This document shows, in pieces, positions 1 through 9,974 of a stretch of DNA of 64,000 nt. The DNA is taken from contig CAWCAG010000009.1 of NCBI GenBank assembly GCA_963793425.1, positions 512,001 through 576,000 of the forward strand. The letters run 5' to 3'. Position numbers and translations under genes: made by a program. Position 1 is the stretch's first letter, and each line of letters starts with the position of its first letter. The notes below the pieces were generated by a model. It searched no databases, was not told the origin of the DNA, and saw only the letters and a list, made by a program, of their open reading frames with translations. This stretch comes from an uncultured cyanobacterium (GTDB lineage: Bacteria; Cyanobacteriota; Cyanobacteriia; Cyanobacteriales; CAWCAG01).

Positions 1-2
1 TT

Positions 3-557
3 TCACCTTTTTATTTGCTGCTGACTTGCTTAATTGCCATCAGCTCCCCTGGGCCTATTTTTTATATCCAGCAAAGAATCGGGAAAAACCATCGGCCCTT
101 TGGCTGTATAAAATTTAGAACTATGGTCAACAATGCCGATGAAGCTTTGCTAGATATATTGACTAACTCGCCAGATTTACAGGAGGAATTTGAAAAGAGT
201 TTCAAACTTAAACACGACCCTCGTATTACCAAGATTGGTAAATTTCTCCGCTTAACTAGTTTGGATGAATTTCCTCAATTTTGGAATGTCTTGATGGGGG
301 ATATGAGTGTTGTCGGGCCTCGACCATTGGTTCCGGGAGAACTACATAAATACGGTCGTCAAATTGATAAAGTGCTAACTATCCGACCAGGGATTACTGG
401 TTTGTGGCAAGTCTCTGGACGTAATGATATCCCTTATCATAGGCGCATTCAAATCGACGTTTACTACGTGAATTGTCGAAATTGGTTGCTGGATATGTGG
501 ATTGTGGTTAAGACTATAGGGGTTATTCTTTTCCCCGGTAACAAAGGTGCTTACTGA
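3..557 (+). CDS. Polyprenyl-phosphate sugar phosphotransferase (WcaJ/WbaP-type bacterial sugar transferase), 5'-truncated by window edge
   Basis: Motifs KFRTM, DPRITKIGKFLRLTSLDEFPQFWNVLMGDMSVVGPRP and PGITGLWQVSGR; the frame is open to the window start. Confidence 0.92.
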   Translation, partial: SPFYLLLTCLIAISSPGPIFYIQQRIGKNHRPFGCIKFRTMVNNADEALLDILTNSPDLQEEFEKSFKLKHDPRITKIGKFLRLTSLDEFPQFWNVLMGDMSVVGPRPLVPGELHKYGRQIDKVLTIRPGITGLWQVSGRNDIPYHRRIQIDVYYVNCRNWLLDMWIVVKTIGVILFPGNKGAY

Positions 558-829
558 AACCCAATTTCCTAACTAAGGACAGGGGAGGAAGAGTCATTTT
601 CCTGGATGAGAGTATATTTGGGGCGCTACATCTTAAAACTATTAGCTAAGTTATTTTTGAGTGGCAGGAAATCTCCCCTATCCTTTACCTACATCTGGAT
701 TAGAGAAATATCAGCTTAACATAGGGTGGACAGTAACAATCCTAGTTGAGTTAACTTGGTTGTAGATTAGTCGCCCACAAATTTTTAGCGGCTATAAAAC
801 CTATTTCTTTATCTGGTGAAGATTTGAGT

Positions 830-1909
830 ATGACCCAACCCAAGCGAGCGTTAATAACTGGTATCACTGGTCAAGATGGTTCTTATCTGAGTGAGTTGTT
901 ACTCTCTAAAGGCTATGAGGTTCACGGTATTATTCGCCGTAGTTCTACATTTAATACCGATAGGATCGACCATATTTATGTAGATCCTCATAACGAGAAA
1001 GCAAAATTCTTTCTCCATTATGGCGACTTAACCGACGGTACAACTTTACGTCGTATTATTGAGCAAATCAAGCCAGTGGAAATTTACAACTTGGGCGCTC
1101 AATCCCACGTCCGAGTCAGTTTTGATTCCCCAGAATATACAGTAGATGCTGTAGGTATGGGAACATTAAGGATCTTAGAAGCGATTCGAGATTACCAGCA
1201 ACGTACAGGTATTGAAGTGCGGTTTTACCAGGCTGGCTCTTCTGAAATGTTTGGTAAGGTGCAAGATGTTCCTCAAAAAGAGACTACCCCTTTTTATCCC
1301 CGTAGTCCCTATGCTTGTGCGAAAGTCTATGCCCACTGGCAAACTATTAATTATCGCGAGTCCTATGACTTGTTTGCCTGTAATGGCATACTTTTCAACC
1401 ACGAATCTCCCCGTCGTGGAGAAACTTTTGTTACCCGTAAAATAACCCGTGCGATCGCCAGAATTGTCCAAGGTACTCAGAAGAAGCTTTATTTAGGTAA
1501 TCTCGATTCTAAAAGGGATTGGGGTTATGCCAAGGATTATGTAGAAGCGATGTGGTTGATGCTTCAACAAGATAAACCCGATGATTATGTAGTTGCCACA
1601 GGGGAAACCCACTCGATTAAAGAATTTCTCACCACTTCTTTTAGTTGTGTCAACTTAGACTGGCACGATTACGTCGAGTTTGATGAACGCTATCTTCGCC
1701 CGACAGAAGTAGATTTACTGATTGGTGATCCAGCTAAGGCCAAAGAAAAATTAGGCTGGGAACCCTCTGTAAGCTTTGAGGAGCTTGTTGCGTTAATGGT
1801 AGCAGCAGATTTAAAGGCTTTGGATTTAGACCTACCTGAAACAGAAAGAATGCAAATGGTAAAAGATCATGCTTATATACGTCAGGCCGTAGGGACTGCC
1901 GTTGATTAA
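830..1909 (+). CDS. gmd: GDP-mannose 4,6-dehydratase
   Basis: [49 protein letters not shown] and RDWGYA motifs. Confidence 0.97.
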   Translation: MTQPKRALITGITGQDGSYLSELLLSKGYEVHGIIRRSSTFNTDRIDHIYVDPHNEKAKFFLHYGDLTDGTTLRRIIEQIKPVEIYNLGAQSHVRVSFDSPEYTVDAVGMGTLRILEAIRDYQQRTGIEVRFYQAGSSEMFGKVQDVPQKETTPFYPRSPYACAKVYAHWQTINYRESYDLFACNGILFNHESPRRGETFVTRKITRAIARIVQGTQKKLYLGNLDSKRDWGYAKDYVEAMWLMLQQDKPDDYVVATGETHSIKEFLTTSFSCVNLDWHDYVEFDERYLRPTEVDLLIGDPAKAKEKLGWEPSVSFEELVALMVAADLKALDLDLPETERMQMVKDHAYIRQAVGTAVD

Positions 1910-2018
1910 CAGCTAATTCAACCAGATATGATTCCTCTAGGGTGCTGAAGGGTTAAATCAAATTGGCTACGCACCCTCCCCAGTTCATTATCGCCCCCCC
2001 AGGGAACAGAAAGTAAAA

Positions 2019-2957
2019 ATGCTCAATCTAAGTAATCAAAGAATTCTTGTAACTGGCGGGGCTGGTTTCCTCGGCCGCCAAGTAGTACACCAACTTTGTC
2101 AAGCAGGAGCTAAAGCTGAGAAAATAAGCGTACCACGCTCCCAAGACTGTGATTTACGCTCCTTAAAACAATGCCAAAAAGCAGTAGCTCAACAAGATAT
2201 TGTCATTCATCTTGCTGCCCATGTGGGGGGAATTGGTTTAAATCGGGAAAAGCCGGCGGAGCTTTTTTACGATAATTTGATGATGGGAGCGCAACTGATC
2301 CACTGTGCCTATGAAGCTGGGGTAGAAAAGTTTGTTTGTTTGGGTACTATTTGTGCTTACCCCAAATTTACTCCTGTACCCTTCACTGAAGACGATCTTT
2401 GGGCGGGTTATCCTGAAGAAACCAATGCTCCCTATGGTATTGCGAAAAAGGCTCTTTTGGTGCAACTCCAAGCTTATCGTCAACAATATGGCTTTGATGG
2501 TATTTATCTTTTGCCAGTTAATCTTTATGGACCAGAAGATAATTTCGATCCTAGCAGTTCCCATGTTATTCCAGCTTTGATTCGTAAAGTTTATGAAGCC
2601 AAACAAAAGGGGGATCATCAGTTAGCTGTTTGGGGAGATGGTAGCCCTACTCGTGAATTTCTCTATGCTACTGATGCAGCTAAGGGTATAGTTATGGCAA
2701 CCCAAAAATATAACGGTGCTGAACCTGTTAATTTGGGAACTAATCACGAGATTTCTATTAAGGAATTAGTAGAATTGATTTGTGAGTTAATGGATTTCAC
2801 AGGAGAAATTATTTGGCAAACAGATCAACCCAATGGGCAACCACGTCGTTGTTTAGATACTCAAAGGGCGAAGCAAGAGTTTGGTTTTCAGTCCCAAACA
2901 GATTTTCGCCAAGGGTTGAAGCAAACCATTGAGTGGTATCGAGACAATCCTCAATGA
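2019..2957 (+). CDS. fcl: GDP-L-fucose synthase
   Basis: [30 protein letters not shown] and SHVIPAL motifs; follows gmd. Confidence 0.95.
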   Translation: MLNLSNQRILVTGGAGFLGRQVVHQLCQAGAKAEKISVPRSQDCDLRSLKQCQKAVAQQDIVIHLAAHVGGIGLNREKPAELFYDNLMMGAQLIHCAYEAGVEKFVCLGTICAYPKFTPVPFTEDDLWAGYPEETNAPYGIAKKALLVQLQAYRQQYGFDGIYLLPVNLYGPEDNFDPSSSHVIPALIRKVYEAKQKGDHQLAVWGDGSPTREFLYATDAAKGIVMATQKYNGAEPVNLGTNHEISIKELVELICELMDFTGEIIWQTDQPNGQPRRCLDTQRAKQEFGFQSQTDFRQGLKQTIEWYRDNPQ

Positions 2958-3014
2958 GAAGTTGGCGAAGAGACACAGAGATGCCTATTACCTACCCCAT
3001 TGCCAAGGATAAAT

Positions 3015-3039
3015 GTAGCCAGGGCGCAAGGCTTACGCC
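3015..3039. repeat. REP/SDR-like palindrome (GTAG...GGCGCAAG-G-CTTACGCC)
   Basis: Imperfect hairpin 3023-3030/3032-3039 preceded by GTAG, abutting a heptamer array. Confidence 0.5.
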
Positions 3040-3042
3040 AAT

Positions 3043-3068
3043 AATGATAAATGATAAATGATAAATGA
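3043..3068. repeat. Heptamer tandem repeat (AATGATA) x~3.7, STRR-type
   Basis: Read directly; the same unit recurs at 15737-15769. Confidence 0.9.
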
Positions 3069-3553
3069 CATCAAGTATGGCGATTCCAATTAACATTGAT
3101 TCTGAAGCAATTAATAATCTCGATTTATCTCCAGCACAGAAGCAGATTGAAAAATTATTAGAATCTCAAGATATTCTTGCTCAAGAACAACAATTAACCT
3201 TTACAATTGATTATCCTCGCCCAGAAACAGATCCTAGAGAACTTTCAGAAATTCCTGAAATACGTTTGTGGTTTTTACGCTTAGATTCCCAATATCCTTG
3301 GCTACCCTTGTTTCTTGATTGGAAATCAGGAGAACTAACTCGCTATTTAGCCATGCAAGTCCCTCATCAATTTAGCCGGGCTGAAGGAATTCAATTTAAT
3401 CCTGAAGCTTTGGAAATTTTCGTCATGAAAAAGATTTTTGTGATTACCAACTGGCTAAAAAACAAGGGTTTACCAAGTAAATCTCGTCTTCAAGCAATGG
3501 CTCAAACAATTGGTTACGAACTTGATGATAATTTCTTCAGTTTAATCAGCTAA
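3065..3553 (+). CDS. crr6: CRR6 family NDH-1 (NdhI) maturation factor (DUF1817)
   Basis: DPRELSEIPEIRLWFLRLDSQYPWLP and AMQVPHQFSRAEGIQFNPEALEIF signature; the start may be the ATG at 3077. Confidence 0.88.
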   Translation: MTSSMAIPINIDSEAINNLDLSPAQKQIEKLLESQDILAQEQQLTFTIDYPRPETDPRELSEIPEIRLWFLRLDSQYPWLPLFLDWKSGELTRYLAMQVPHQFSRAEGIQFNPEALEIFVMKKIFVITNWLKNKGLPSKSRLQAMAQTIGYELDDNFFSLIS

Positions 3554-4348
3554 AATTAATTGTAAAACCCGTTCCATATCCTCAAACTTTCCCACAATAC
3601 GTCGTACCGGTTGAGGCAAAACCCTAATTAAAGTAGGAGTAGCAGCAACTTGATTAGCTTCAGTTTGTTCTGGGTGTTTGAAAATATCAATCACTTTGAG
3701 AGTATAAGGGGAATGCAAGCCTTTTTCTAAAAGTTTATGTAAGTTTTTTAAAGTATTTTCTGTAGCAGTATTATGGCCAGCAATAAAAAGTCGTAGTACG
3801 TAACTATTACTTGTTACTAACTTCTTTTTAGAATGGACGCTAATTTCTTGAGGAACAGAGTAACGAACATCAGATAAACTACGCTGATCTTCAAAGCGAA
3901 AGATTAAATCATGTTCTTCCCAAAGTTGAGGAAATCTTTCTTGATAGGTTTCTAAAATAATGGGGTTGCAAGATTCTTCTTGCCAAGGAATGACTTGCCA
4001 TTGCCCAGAAGTAGTACCAAAAATTGCACTCAATAGTGCTTTATGTTTTTGTACTGGGGGATGTAATTCTGCTGTGGTTATTACTTCTTGAGTGTAGGGA
4101 TATTGCCAATAGTCAATGGTTGCTGTATACCCAGGTACTAGAAAGTGCGGTGGTTCTGGTAAACTGAAAATTTCTTGTAAACCAGCACATAAATGTAAAT
4201 GCCAGTGAGCTTGTTTATTGGGGTCGATGCTATATATCAAGTCTCCGCCGGGAGTAAATAAGGCAATTCCTTTAAAAAGCTTTGGTAGTTGATAACTGAT
4301 AATTAATAATTGATAATTTTTTACCTTATGCCTCAACAGCTTGGACAA
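3542..4348 (-). CDS. KaiB-domain protein with an uncharacterised ~180-aa N-terminal domain
   Basis: C-terminal YVLRLFIAG...YTLKVIDIFKHPEQTEANQVAATPTLIRVLPQPVRRIVG is a KaiB/SasA-N thioredoxin-like fold. The TTG start is uncertain. Confidence 0.85.
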   Translation of the reverse strand: MSKLLRHKVKNYQLLIISYQLPKLFKGIALFTPGGDLIYSIDPNKQAHWHLHLCAGLQEIFSLPEPPHFLVPGYTATIDYWQYPYTQEVITTAELHPPVQKHKALLSAIFGTTSGQWQVIPWQEESCNPIILETYQERFPQLWEEHDLIFRFEDQRSLSDVRYSVPQEISVHSKKKLVTSNSYVLRLFIAGHNTATENTLKNLHKLLEKGLHSPYTLKVIDIFKHPEQTEANQVAATPTLIRVLPQPVRRIVGKFEDMERVLQLILAD

Positions 4349-4381
4349 CTCTTTCTAGAGTTGCCCAATAATCCTAATAAC

Positions 4382-5656
4382 TTAAACCCGACCTCGGAGC
4401 ATTTGAGCCATTTCGTTTTGAGATGGAGACAATTCTAGGGCAGTTTCTTCAGTTATTCTTCCTTCTTGATAAAGGTTGAACAGAGCCTGATTCATGGTAA
4501 TCATGCCATCAAATTCTCCATCTTGCATAAGCTGAAGCATCTCTTCTGGCTTATCATCCCGAATATATTCCCGCATGGTAACGGTATTAATCAAGATATC
4601 GTGGAAAGCGGCGCGCTTGCCATCGGTGGTACGACACAAACCTTGAGAAATTACTGCTACCATAGATTCAGCTAAGGCTACTCGCATAGCAGGCTGTTCT
4701 TCAGCGCTATAAAGGGTAAGAATACGCTCAATAGTTTTAATCGCGCTGTTGGTATGCAAAGTTCCCATCACCAAGTGACCAGTTTGAGCGGCTTTTAAAG
4801 CGGTATTAACGGTAAATTTATCCCGCATTTCCCCCACCAGAATTAAGTCAGGGTCTTCCCGCAAAGAAGCTTTAAGGGCATTATCAAATTCTAGGGTGTG
4901 CATCCCCACTTCCCTTTGCTTAATCAAAGATTTACGACTTTGATGGACAAATTCAATAGGGTCTTCAATGGTGATAATATGCTTGGCCATATTTTTATTG
5001 ATGTAATCCACCATCGCTGCCATAGTAGTAGATTTACCTGAACCCGTTGGCCCTGTTACCAAGACTAATCCTTTATGGGCAGAAGAAACCTCTTTGAAAA
5101 CTTCTGGCAGATTTAACTGCTCTAGGGTAAGAATTTTCAGGGGAATCAAACGCATAACCATTGAAGGCCCTGTAAGAGTTTCAAAGATATTGATCCGTAC
5201 CCTCGCAAAGTCGTATTGAGTTGCTCCGTCAAATTCTAGTTTTTCGAGAAATCTCTCTATTTCTGCATCTGTTAGCACCTCACCAATCCAACTCATAAAG
5301 GTATCCCTGTCTGTTTCAGGATACTCAGTAATCATCATATCTCCCCTATCCCTAAAGCGAGGACGTTGCCCTACGCCAACGTGGATGTCGGAGTAACCTT
5401 TGTCATAGGCCACATTAACAAGATCTGCCAAGCTGGGCTGTCCAGGGGCGCGTTGCGCTGTTGTTGCACTACTTTGAGCTTTGGGAGTAGGAGTAGCAGC
5501 TACTTGCTGCCTGGTAGCTGAGCTAACGACAGTCTTGGTCTCAGCAACAGAAGCAGGAGGGCTTTGAGTTCCTTGAGGAGTTCGCCTCGGAGGTGGGGCA
5601 GGAGGAATCCGAGGTGGTGGTGGAGGAGAAATAGGTGGACGCTGGGATTCTGTCAT
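4382..5656 (-). CDS. pilT: Type IV pilus retraction ATPase PilT (PilT2-type, Pro-rich N-terminus)
   Basis: GPTGSGKST Walker A, TIEDPIE Asp box, LREDPDLILVGEMRD and TGHLVMGTLHT His box; N-terminal poly-Pro extension. Confidence 0.93.
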   Translation of the reverse strand: MTESQRPPISPPPPPRIPPAPPPRRTPQGTQSPPASVAETKTVVSSATRQQVAATPTPKAQSSATTAQRAPGQPSLADLVNVAYDKGYSDIHVGVGQRPRFRDRGDMMITEYPETDRDTFMSWIGEVLTDAEIERFLEKLEFDGATQYDFARVRINIFETLTGPSMVMRLIPLKILTLEQLNLPEVFKEVSSAHKGLVLVTGPTGSGKSTTMAAMVDYINKNMAKHIITIEDPIEFVHQSRKSLIKQREVGMHTLEFDNALKASLREDPDLILVGEMRDKFTVNTALKAAQTGHLVMGTLHTNSAIKTIERILTLYSAEEQPAMRVALAESMVAVISQGLCRTTDGKRAAFHDILINTVTMREYIRDDKPEEMLQLMQDGEFDGMITMNQALFNLYQEGRITEETALELSPSQNEMAQMLRGRV

Positions 5657-5964
5657 AGGTAAACTGCCGCTAGTTTTGACGATAGATCAATTAAAAATCA
5701 GGAAATCCTTGTCTTTATTATTCCCTAAATTTCCTTTTGCTTAATCATTAACTTGTTTAAGCAAGAAAATACTTTTTAAATATAACTACATACTTGAGAA
5801 ATAACCTAGTACAAAGGCTTGCTACCAATGTAAATTTTTTTTTCTATTTACTCATCTTATAGAAAAGTTTATATATACTGATTTTCACTAGCATTGCTAT
5901 AAATCAAATAATTTTCGAGAAAATCTATTTACTTTTTGTTACACAAAACCTTTAGGAGGTCAAA

Positions 5965-6339
5965 ATGGAACTAACTCAAGAACATAATTTAGGAAAAACT
6001 TATTTTGCTACTTTTGTGAAGAGCTTCTTATTATGGAGCTTCACTTTAACAGTTTGTTTATTAGTAGTAGGCTTTCCTTTAATTGTCTTAATGATGACTA
6101 TAGGCGCTCTTCTCTCAATTGTTTTACAATCAGTATTGCCTGTAAGTGCAGTTTTGTTAGTGGCAGGTAGCCTAATCGGTTTTAATATTCTAGCCATCGT
6201 TTCAGGAGCAGGAGTTCTTACCTTTAAAGGAATTCACCCTCAAGAAGTTAGTTGGTTAAGCTGGTTACACGGAAAAGACGGAGCTTTAGACTCTGCAATT
6301 TATCCTTCTTGCCCTTTAACTTGCAATTTAATTGATTAG
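5965..6339 (+). CDS. Conserved cyanobacterial membrane hypothetical protein
   Basis: Strong SD (AGGAGG) before the ATG, 2-3 hydrophobic helices, C-terminal CPLTC, followed by a terminator. Confidence 0.8.
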   Translation: MELTQEHNLGKTYFATFVKSFLLWSFTLTVCLLVVGFPLIVLMMTIGALLSIVLQSVLPVSAVLLVAGSLIGFNILAIVSGAGVLTFKGIHPQEVSWLSWLHGKDGALDSAIYPSCPLTCNLID

Positions 6340-6380
6340 AACTGAGTTAGTTCAAAAACTTCTTTGAAGATAAGGTTTGT

Positions 6381-6406
6381 AGAACCCGGTAAGTACCGGG
6401 TTTTCT
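6381..6406 (+). terminator. Intrinsic terminator
   Basis: AACCCGGT-AAGT-ACCGGGTT stem running into a short T tract. Confidence 0.7.
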
Positions 6407-6457
6407 AATATCTGGATAGCGCTGTTAAACTGCTTTGAGTTGAAACCTAAACCACTT

Positions 6458-7591
6458 ATGACACTATCAACCTCTTCTTCAATTTGCATTACCATAGGAA
6501 CTCGCCCCGAAGCCATCAAATTAGCTCCTGTTATTCAAGAATTTCTTGGTTCCTCTGCATTTAAAATTCAAGTAGTTCTTACTGGACAGCATCGCGAGAT
6601 GGTAGATCAGGTTATGCAGTTATTTGAGTTAAAGGCAAACTGGGACTTAAATATCATGCGACCCAAGCAAACTTTAACAGATATTACTTGTCGTAGTTTA
6701 CAGGGTCTAGAAGCTCTATTCAAAGAAATTAAACCTCAATTAGTATTAGTTCAAGGTGACACCACCACAGCCTGTGCAGCGGCTTTAGGGGCGTTTTATC
6801 AACAAATTCCTATTGGCCATGTTGAGGCCGGTTTACGTACAGATAATCTTTATAACCCTTATCCAGAAGAAGCTAACCGCCGCCTAATTTCTCAGTTAAG
6901 TCAGCTACACTTTGCACCAACTCCCAAAGCTGTAGACAATTTGCTTAAGTCTGGGGTGACAGGAGAAGTTCATCAAACAGGAAATACAGTTATTGATGCT
7001 TTATTGAAAGTAGCTAAAAGTGAGCCTGCTTGCGAAATTCCTGGTTTAGCTTGGGGTCAATATCGCACTCTTTTAGCCACAGTACATCGTCGGGAAAATT
7101 GGGGAGAGCCTTTGGAAGAAATTCTGAAGGGGTTTCTACTAGTTCTAGAGAAATTTCCTGATACAGCATTGTTATTACCAATGCACCGCAATCCTACGGT
7201 CAGAAAACCGATTCAAACTGCTTTGGGTGAACATCCCCGCGCCTTTTTGACTGAACCTTTAGATTATGCTCAATTAGTAGGAGCAATTCAACGTTGTTAT
7301 TTGCTCTTAACCGATTCAGGGGGATTACAGGAAGAAGCACCCAGTTTAGGTAAGCCAGTGTTGGTTTTACGGGAAACCACAGAGCGTCCCGAAGCTGTTG
7401 AGGCAGGTACAGCAGAATTGGTGGGAACTACAGCTAACAATATTTTAGCAGCAGCTAGCAAATTATTAGAAAATGAAGTTGCTTATCAAAAAATGGCGGG
7501 GGCCATTAACCCTTTTGGAGATGGTCAGGCTTCAGGGAGAATTGTCAAAATTGTTGAGAAATATTTAGCAACTGGAGTAAAACCAGACTAA
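6458..7591 (+). CDS. wecB: UDP-N-acetylglucosamine 2-epimerase (non-hydrolysing)
   Basis: GTRPEAIKLAP, TGQH, QGDTTT, HVEAGLR, TVHRREN, TDSGGLQEEAP and TERPE motifs. Confidence 0.96.
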   Translation: MTLSTSSSICITIGTRPEAIKLAPVIQEFLGSSAFKIQVVLTGQHREMVDQVMQLFELKANWDLNIMRPKQTLTDITCRSLQGLEALFKEIKPQLVLVQGDTTTACAAALGAFYQQIPIGHVEAGLRTDNLYNPYPEEANRRLISQLSQLHFAPTPKAVDNLLKSGVTGEVHQTGNTVIDALLKVAKSEPACEIPGLAWGQYRTLLATVHRRENWGEPLEEILKGFLLVLEKFPDTALLLPMHRNPTVRKPIQTALGEHPRAFLTEPLDYAQLVGAIQRCYLLLTDSGGLQEEAPSLGKPVLVLRETTERPEAVEAGTAELVGTTANNILAAASKLLENEVAYQKMAGAINPFGDGQASGRIVKIVEKYLATGVKPD

Positions 7592-7625
7592 AATACTCAA
7601 ATCACCTCAGATAATTAAACTGACA

Positions 7626-7817
7626 ATGACTACCCATTTTATTACTGCTGAAATTGACCTCCAAGAATCTCCTACCCAACTACAACAGGAAATTGAAGCA
7701 GAATTAACTAAGCAAGGTAAACCTTTACGTTGGGCTGTTACCAAAGTAGATAGTGAACAGCAAAAAGTTCAAGTGGAAGCTGTTGTTACCACAGAATCTG
7801 AAGTTATTGAAGCGTAA
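7626..7817 (+). CDS. Small conserved hypothetical protein (63 aa)
   Basis: Tightly packed in an operon between wecB and DUF3326; GxPLRWAVT motif. Confidence 0.7.
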   Translation: MTTHFITAEIDLQESPTQLQQEIEAELTKQGKPLRWAVTKVDSEQQKVQVEAVVTTESEVIEA

Positions 7818-7822
7818 TATTT

Positions 7823-8905
7823 TTGGTCAATCAACCTCCTTACACCGTAGTTTTAATTGTTCCTACTGGCATTGGTGCTGCCATCGGTGGTTATGCCGGA
7901 GATGCCCTGCCTGTAGCTAGGGCAATATCGCAAACCTGCGATCGCTTAATTACCCATCCTAATGTTCTTAATGGCGCTCAATTATACTGGCCTTTACCTA
8001 ACAGCTTTTATGTGGAAGGTTACGGCTTAGATCAGTTCGCTGTTGGCAATTGGGGCTTGCGTCCAGTACCACAAAACCGCATTGGTTTAATCTTCGACAA
8101 AGCCATAGAACCTGAATTACAACTACGCCATCTTCAAGCCGCAGATGCCGCCAGAGCAACGTTGGGGCTATCTGTAACCAACTACATAAGGACTGACAAA
8201 CCTTTGGGAGTAGAACTGCGTACAGCCCCTTCAGGGGCAAGTATGGGAACAATTAGTAACCCAGATAGTTTGTTAGGGGCCGCAGAAAAGCTGATCAAAC
8301 AAGAGGATGCAGAAGCGATCGCCGTAGTTGCCCGTTTTCCTGATGAAGTTGAAACAGTCGCCTTACAAAACTATCGCCAAGGTTCAGGGGTAGATCCCCT
8401 CGCTGGGGCAGAGGCGGTTATCTCTCACCTCATTGTACGTACTTTTAAAGTACCTTGCGCCCACGCCCCTGCTTTGTTACCCCTACCAGTAGATCCCACT
8501 GTTTCTCCCCGTGCGGCGGCTGAAGAATTAGGCTACACCTTCTTACCCTGCGTCTTAGCTGGATTAAGTCGCGCCCCTCAATACATAATTCCCCAACCAG
8601 GTTACATTAATTTACCTGAAGACATCTGGGCAGAACAAGTTAATGCGGTGGTTGTCCCCGCTACGGCTTGTGGTGGTAGTGCCTTACTAAGTTTAAGCAA
8701 CAGCAGCAGTAGAATAATTATTGCAGTTGAGAATAATCAAACCCAAATGCAAGTTGATCCAGAAAAAGTTGGTATTAAAGCAATTCGGGTAAACTCATAT
8801 TTAGAGGCTTTAGGGATTTTAGTTGCCCATCGTGCCGGTATTGACCCTGGGGCCTTAAACCCTTCCCTATCGTCTCTAAGTTCTCTATCTCAAACCTGTG
8901 ACTAA
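7823..8905 (+). CDS. DUF3326 family protein
   Basis: IVPTGIGAAIGGYAGDALP, THPNVLNGA, GVDPLAGAEAVISH and AEELGYTFLPCVL motifs. Confidence 0.88.
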   Translation: MVNQPPYTVVLIVPTGIGAAIGGYAGDALPVARAISQTCDRLITHPNVLNGAQLYWPLPNSFYVEGYGLDQFAVGNWGLRPVPQNRIGLIFDKAIEPELQLRHLQAADAARATLGLSVTNYIRTDKPLGVELRTAPSGASMGTISNPDSLLGAAEKLIKQEDAEAIAVVARFPDEVETVALQNYRQGSGVDPLAGAEAVISHLIVRTFKVPCAHAPALLPLPVDPTVSPRAAAEELGYTFLPCVLAGLSRAPQYIIPQPGYINLPEDIWAEQVNAVVVPATACGGSALLSLSNSSSRIIIAVENNQTQMQVDPEKVGIKAIRVNSYLEALGILVAHRAGIDPGALNPSLSSLSSLSQTCD

Positions 8906-9503
8906 CCAATCTCCTAACCACCCTGAAATTGAACCCCTAACTCGCAACCAAGTTTTGGTAGTTATGGGGGTTACGGCTGTTGTTTTGTTGATTGCTGCAA
9001 AAATCTGGCAATACTTTGGTTCCGTTTCTCTGCTACCTTTTTATTTCAACGCTAATTCTGTATTAATTGGTTTGAGTTTGGCCCTAATTATTCCGGCTAT
9101 TAGCAGCTTGGTTTATCGTTTGTGGCCAGCTTATCGTGAAAGTGCAGATTTTTATTTAGAGTTAGTCCTTAAACCCCTAGAATGGCAAGATATTATTTGG
9201 TTAGGGCTGTTACCTGGCTTAAGCGAAGAGCTACTATTTAGAGGAGTAATGTTACCTGCTTTGGGAGAAGATATTGCAGCAGTGGTAATATCTAGTATTT
9301 GTTTCGGTGTCCTTCATTTTAGTGGTTCCCAACAATGGCCCTATGTAGTTTGGGCTAGTTTTGTCGGGGCAATTTTAGGTATGAGTGCTGTGTTAACAGG
9401 AAACTTACTTGTACCAGTATTAGCTCATATTATTACTAATTTAATTTCTAGTAGTTTGTGGAAGTTAAGCAACCCTATTGAATCAAATTCTTCTTCAAGT
9501 TAA
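8898..9503 (+). CDS. CPBP/Abi family intramembrane glutamic endopeptidase (CAAX protease-like)
   Basis: EELLFRG, FGVLH and HxxxN motifs in a hydrophobic protein. Confidence 0.9.
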   Translation: MTNQSPNHPEIEPLTRNQVLVVMGVTAVVLLIAAKIWQYFGSVSLLPFYFNANSVLIGLSLALIIPAISSLVYRLWPAYRESADFYLELVLKPLEWQDIIWLGLLPGLSEELLFRGVMLPALGEDIAAVVISSICFGVLHFSGSQQWPYVVWASFVGAILGMSAVLTGNLLVPVLAHIITNLISSSLWKLSNPIESNSSSS

Positions 9504-9597
9504 TAATCTCAAATTCTTGGGCTGTTTTGGAATTGATGATACGGAGGGTTTGTAGAATTAAAAAGAAACCCTTAGCCATTGTTCTAGCTGAAATAAG

Positions 9598-9885
9598 ATG
9601 AGATTTGTTAATCCTAAAACCGACTTTGCCTTTAAGAAGATATTCGGTTCAGAAAATAGCAAGAATATACTGATTAGTTTTCTCAATGCCCTGCTTTATG
9701 AAGGGCAGGATATTATCCAAGACTTAGAAATAATTGAAACTTATTCTGCTGGTAAAGTTGCTACCCTCAAAGACTCTTATTTAGATGTCAAAGCGAGAAT
9801 TAGCGATGGCACAAACGTCATTATTGAAATGCAAGTTATTAATGTTGAAGCTTTCAAAGTCTTGCCGATTTGTCAACTTGGCTAG
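9598..9885 (+). pseudogene. Truncated Rpn family (PD-(D/E)XK) recombination-promoting nuclease/putative transposase
   Basis: NPKTDFAFKKIFG...LISFLNALL...LDVKA...IIEMQ N-terminus, but only 95 aa; homology ends after VEAF. Confidence 0.85.
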
Positions 9886-9974
9886 ACAATAGATAAAAAA
9901 GCTCCTACGAATTTACTTAAGGACATTTTTAGTAAATTCGTGAGAATTGGTACTTTGATATTTTTATCTATTAA

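Noticed and set aside
1175..2618. Short overlapping ORFs inside gmd and fcl (and similar ones inside other genes)
   Set aside because: Alternative-frame or antisense ORFs within well-supported genes, with no recognisable motifs.
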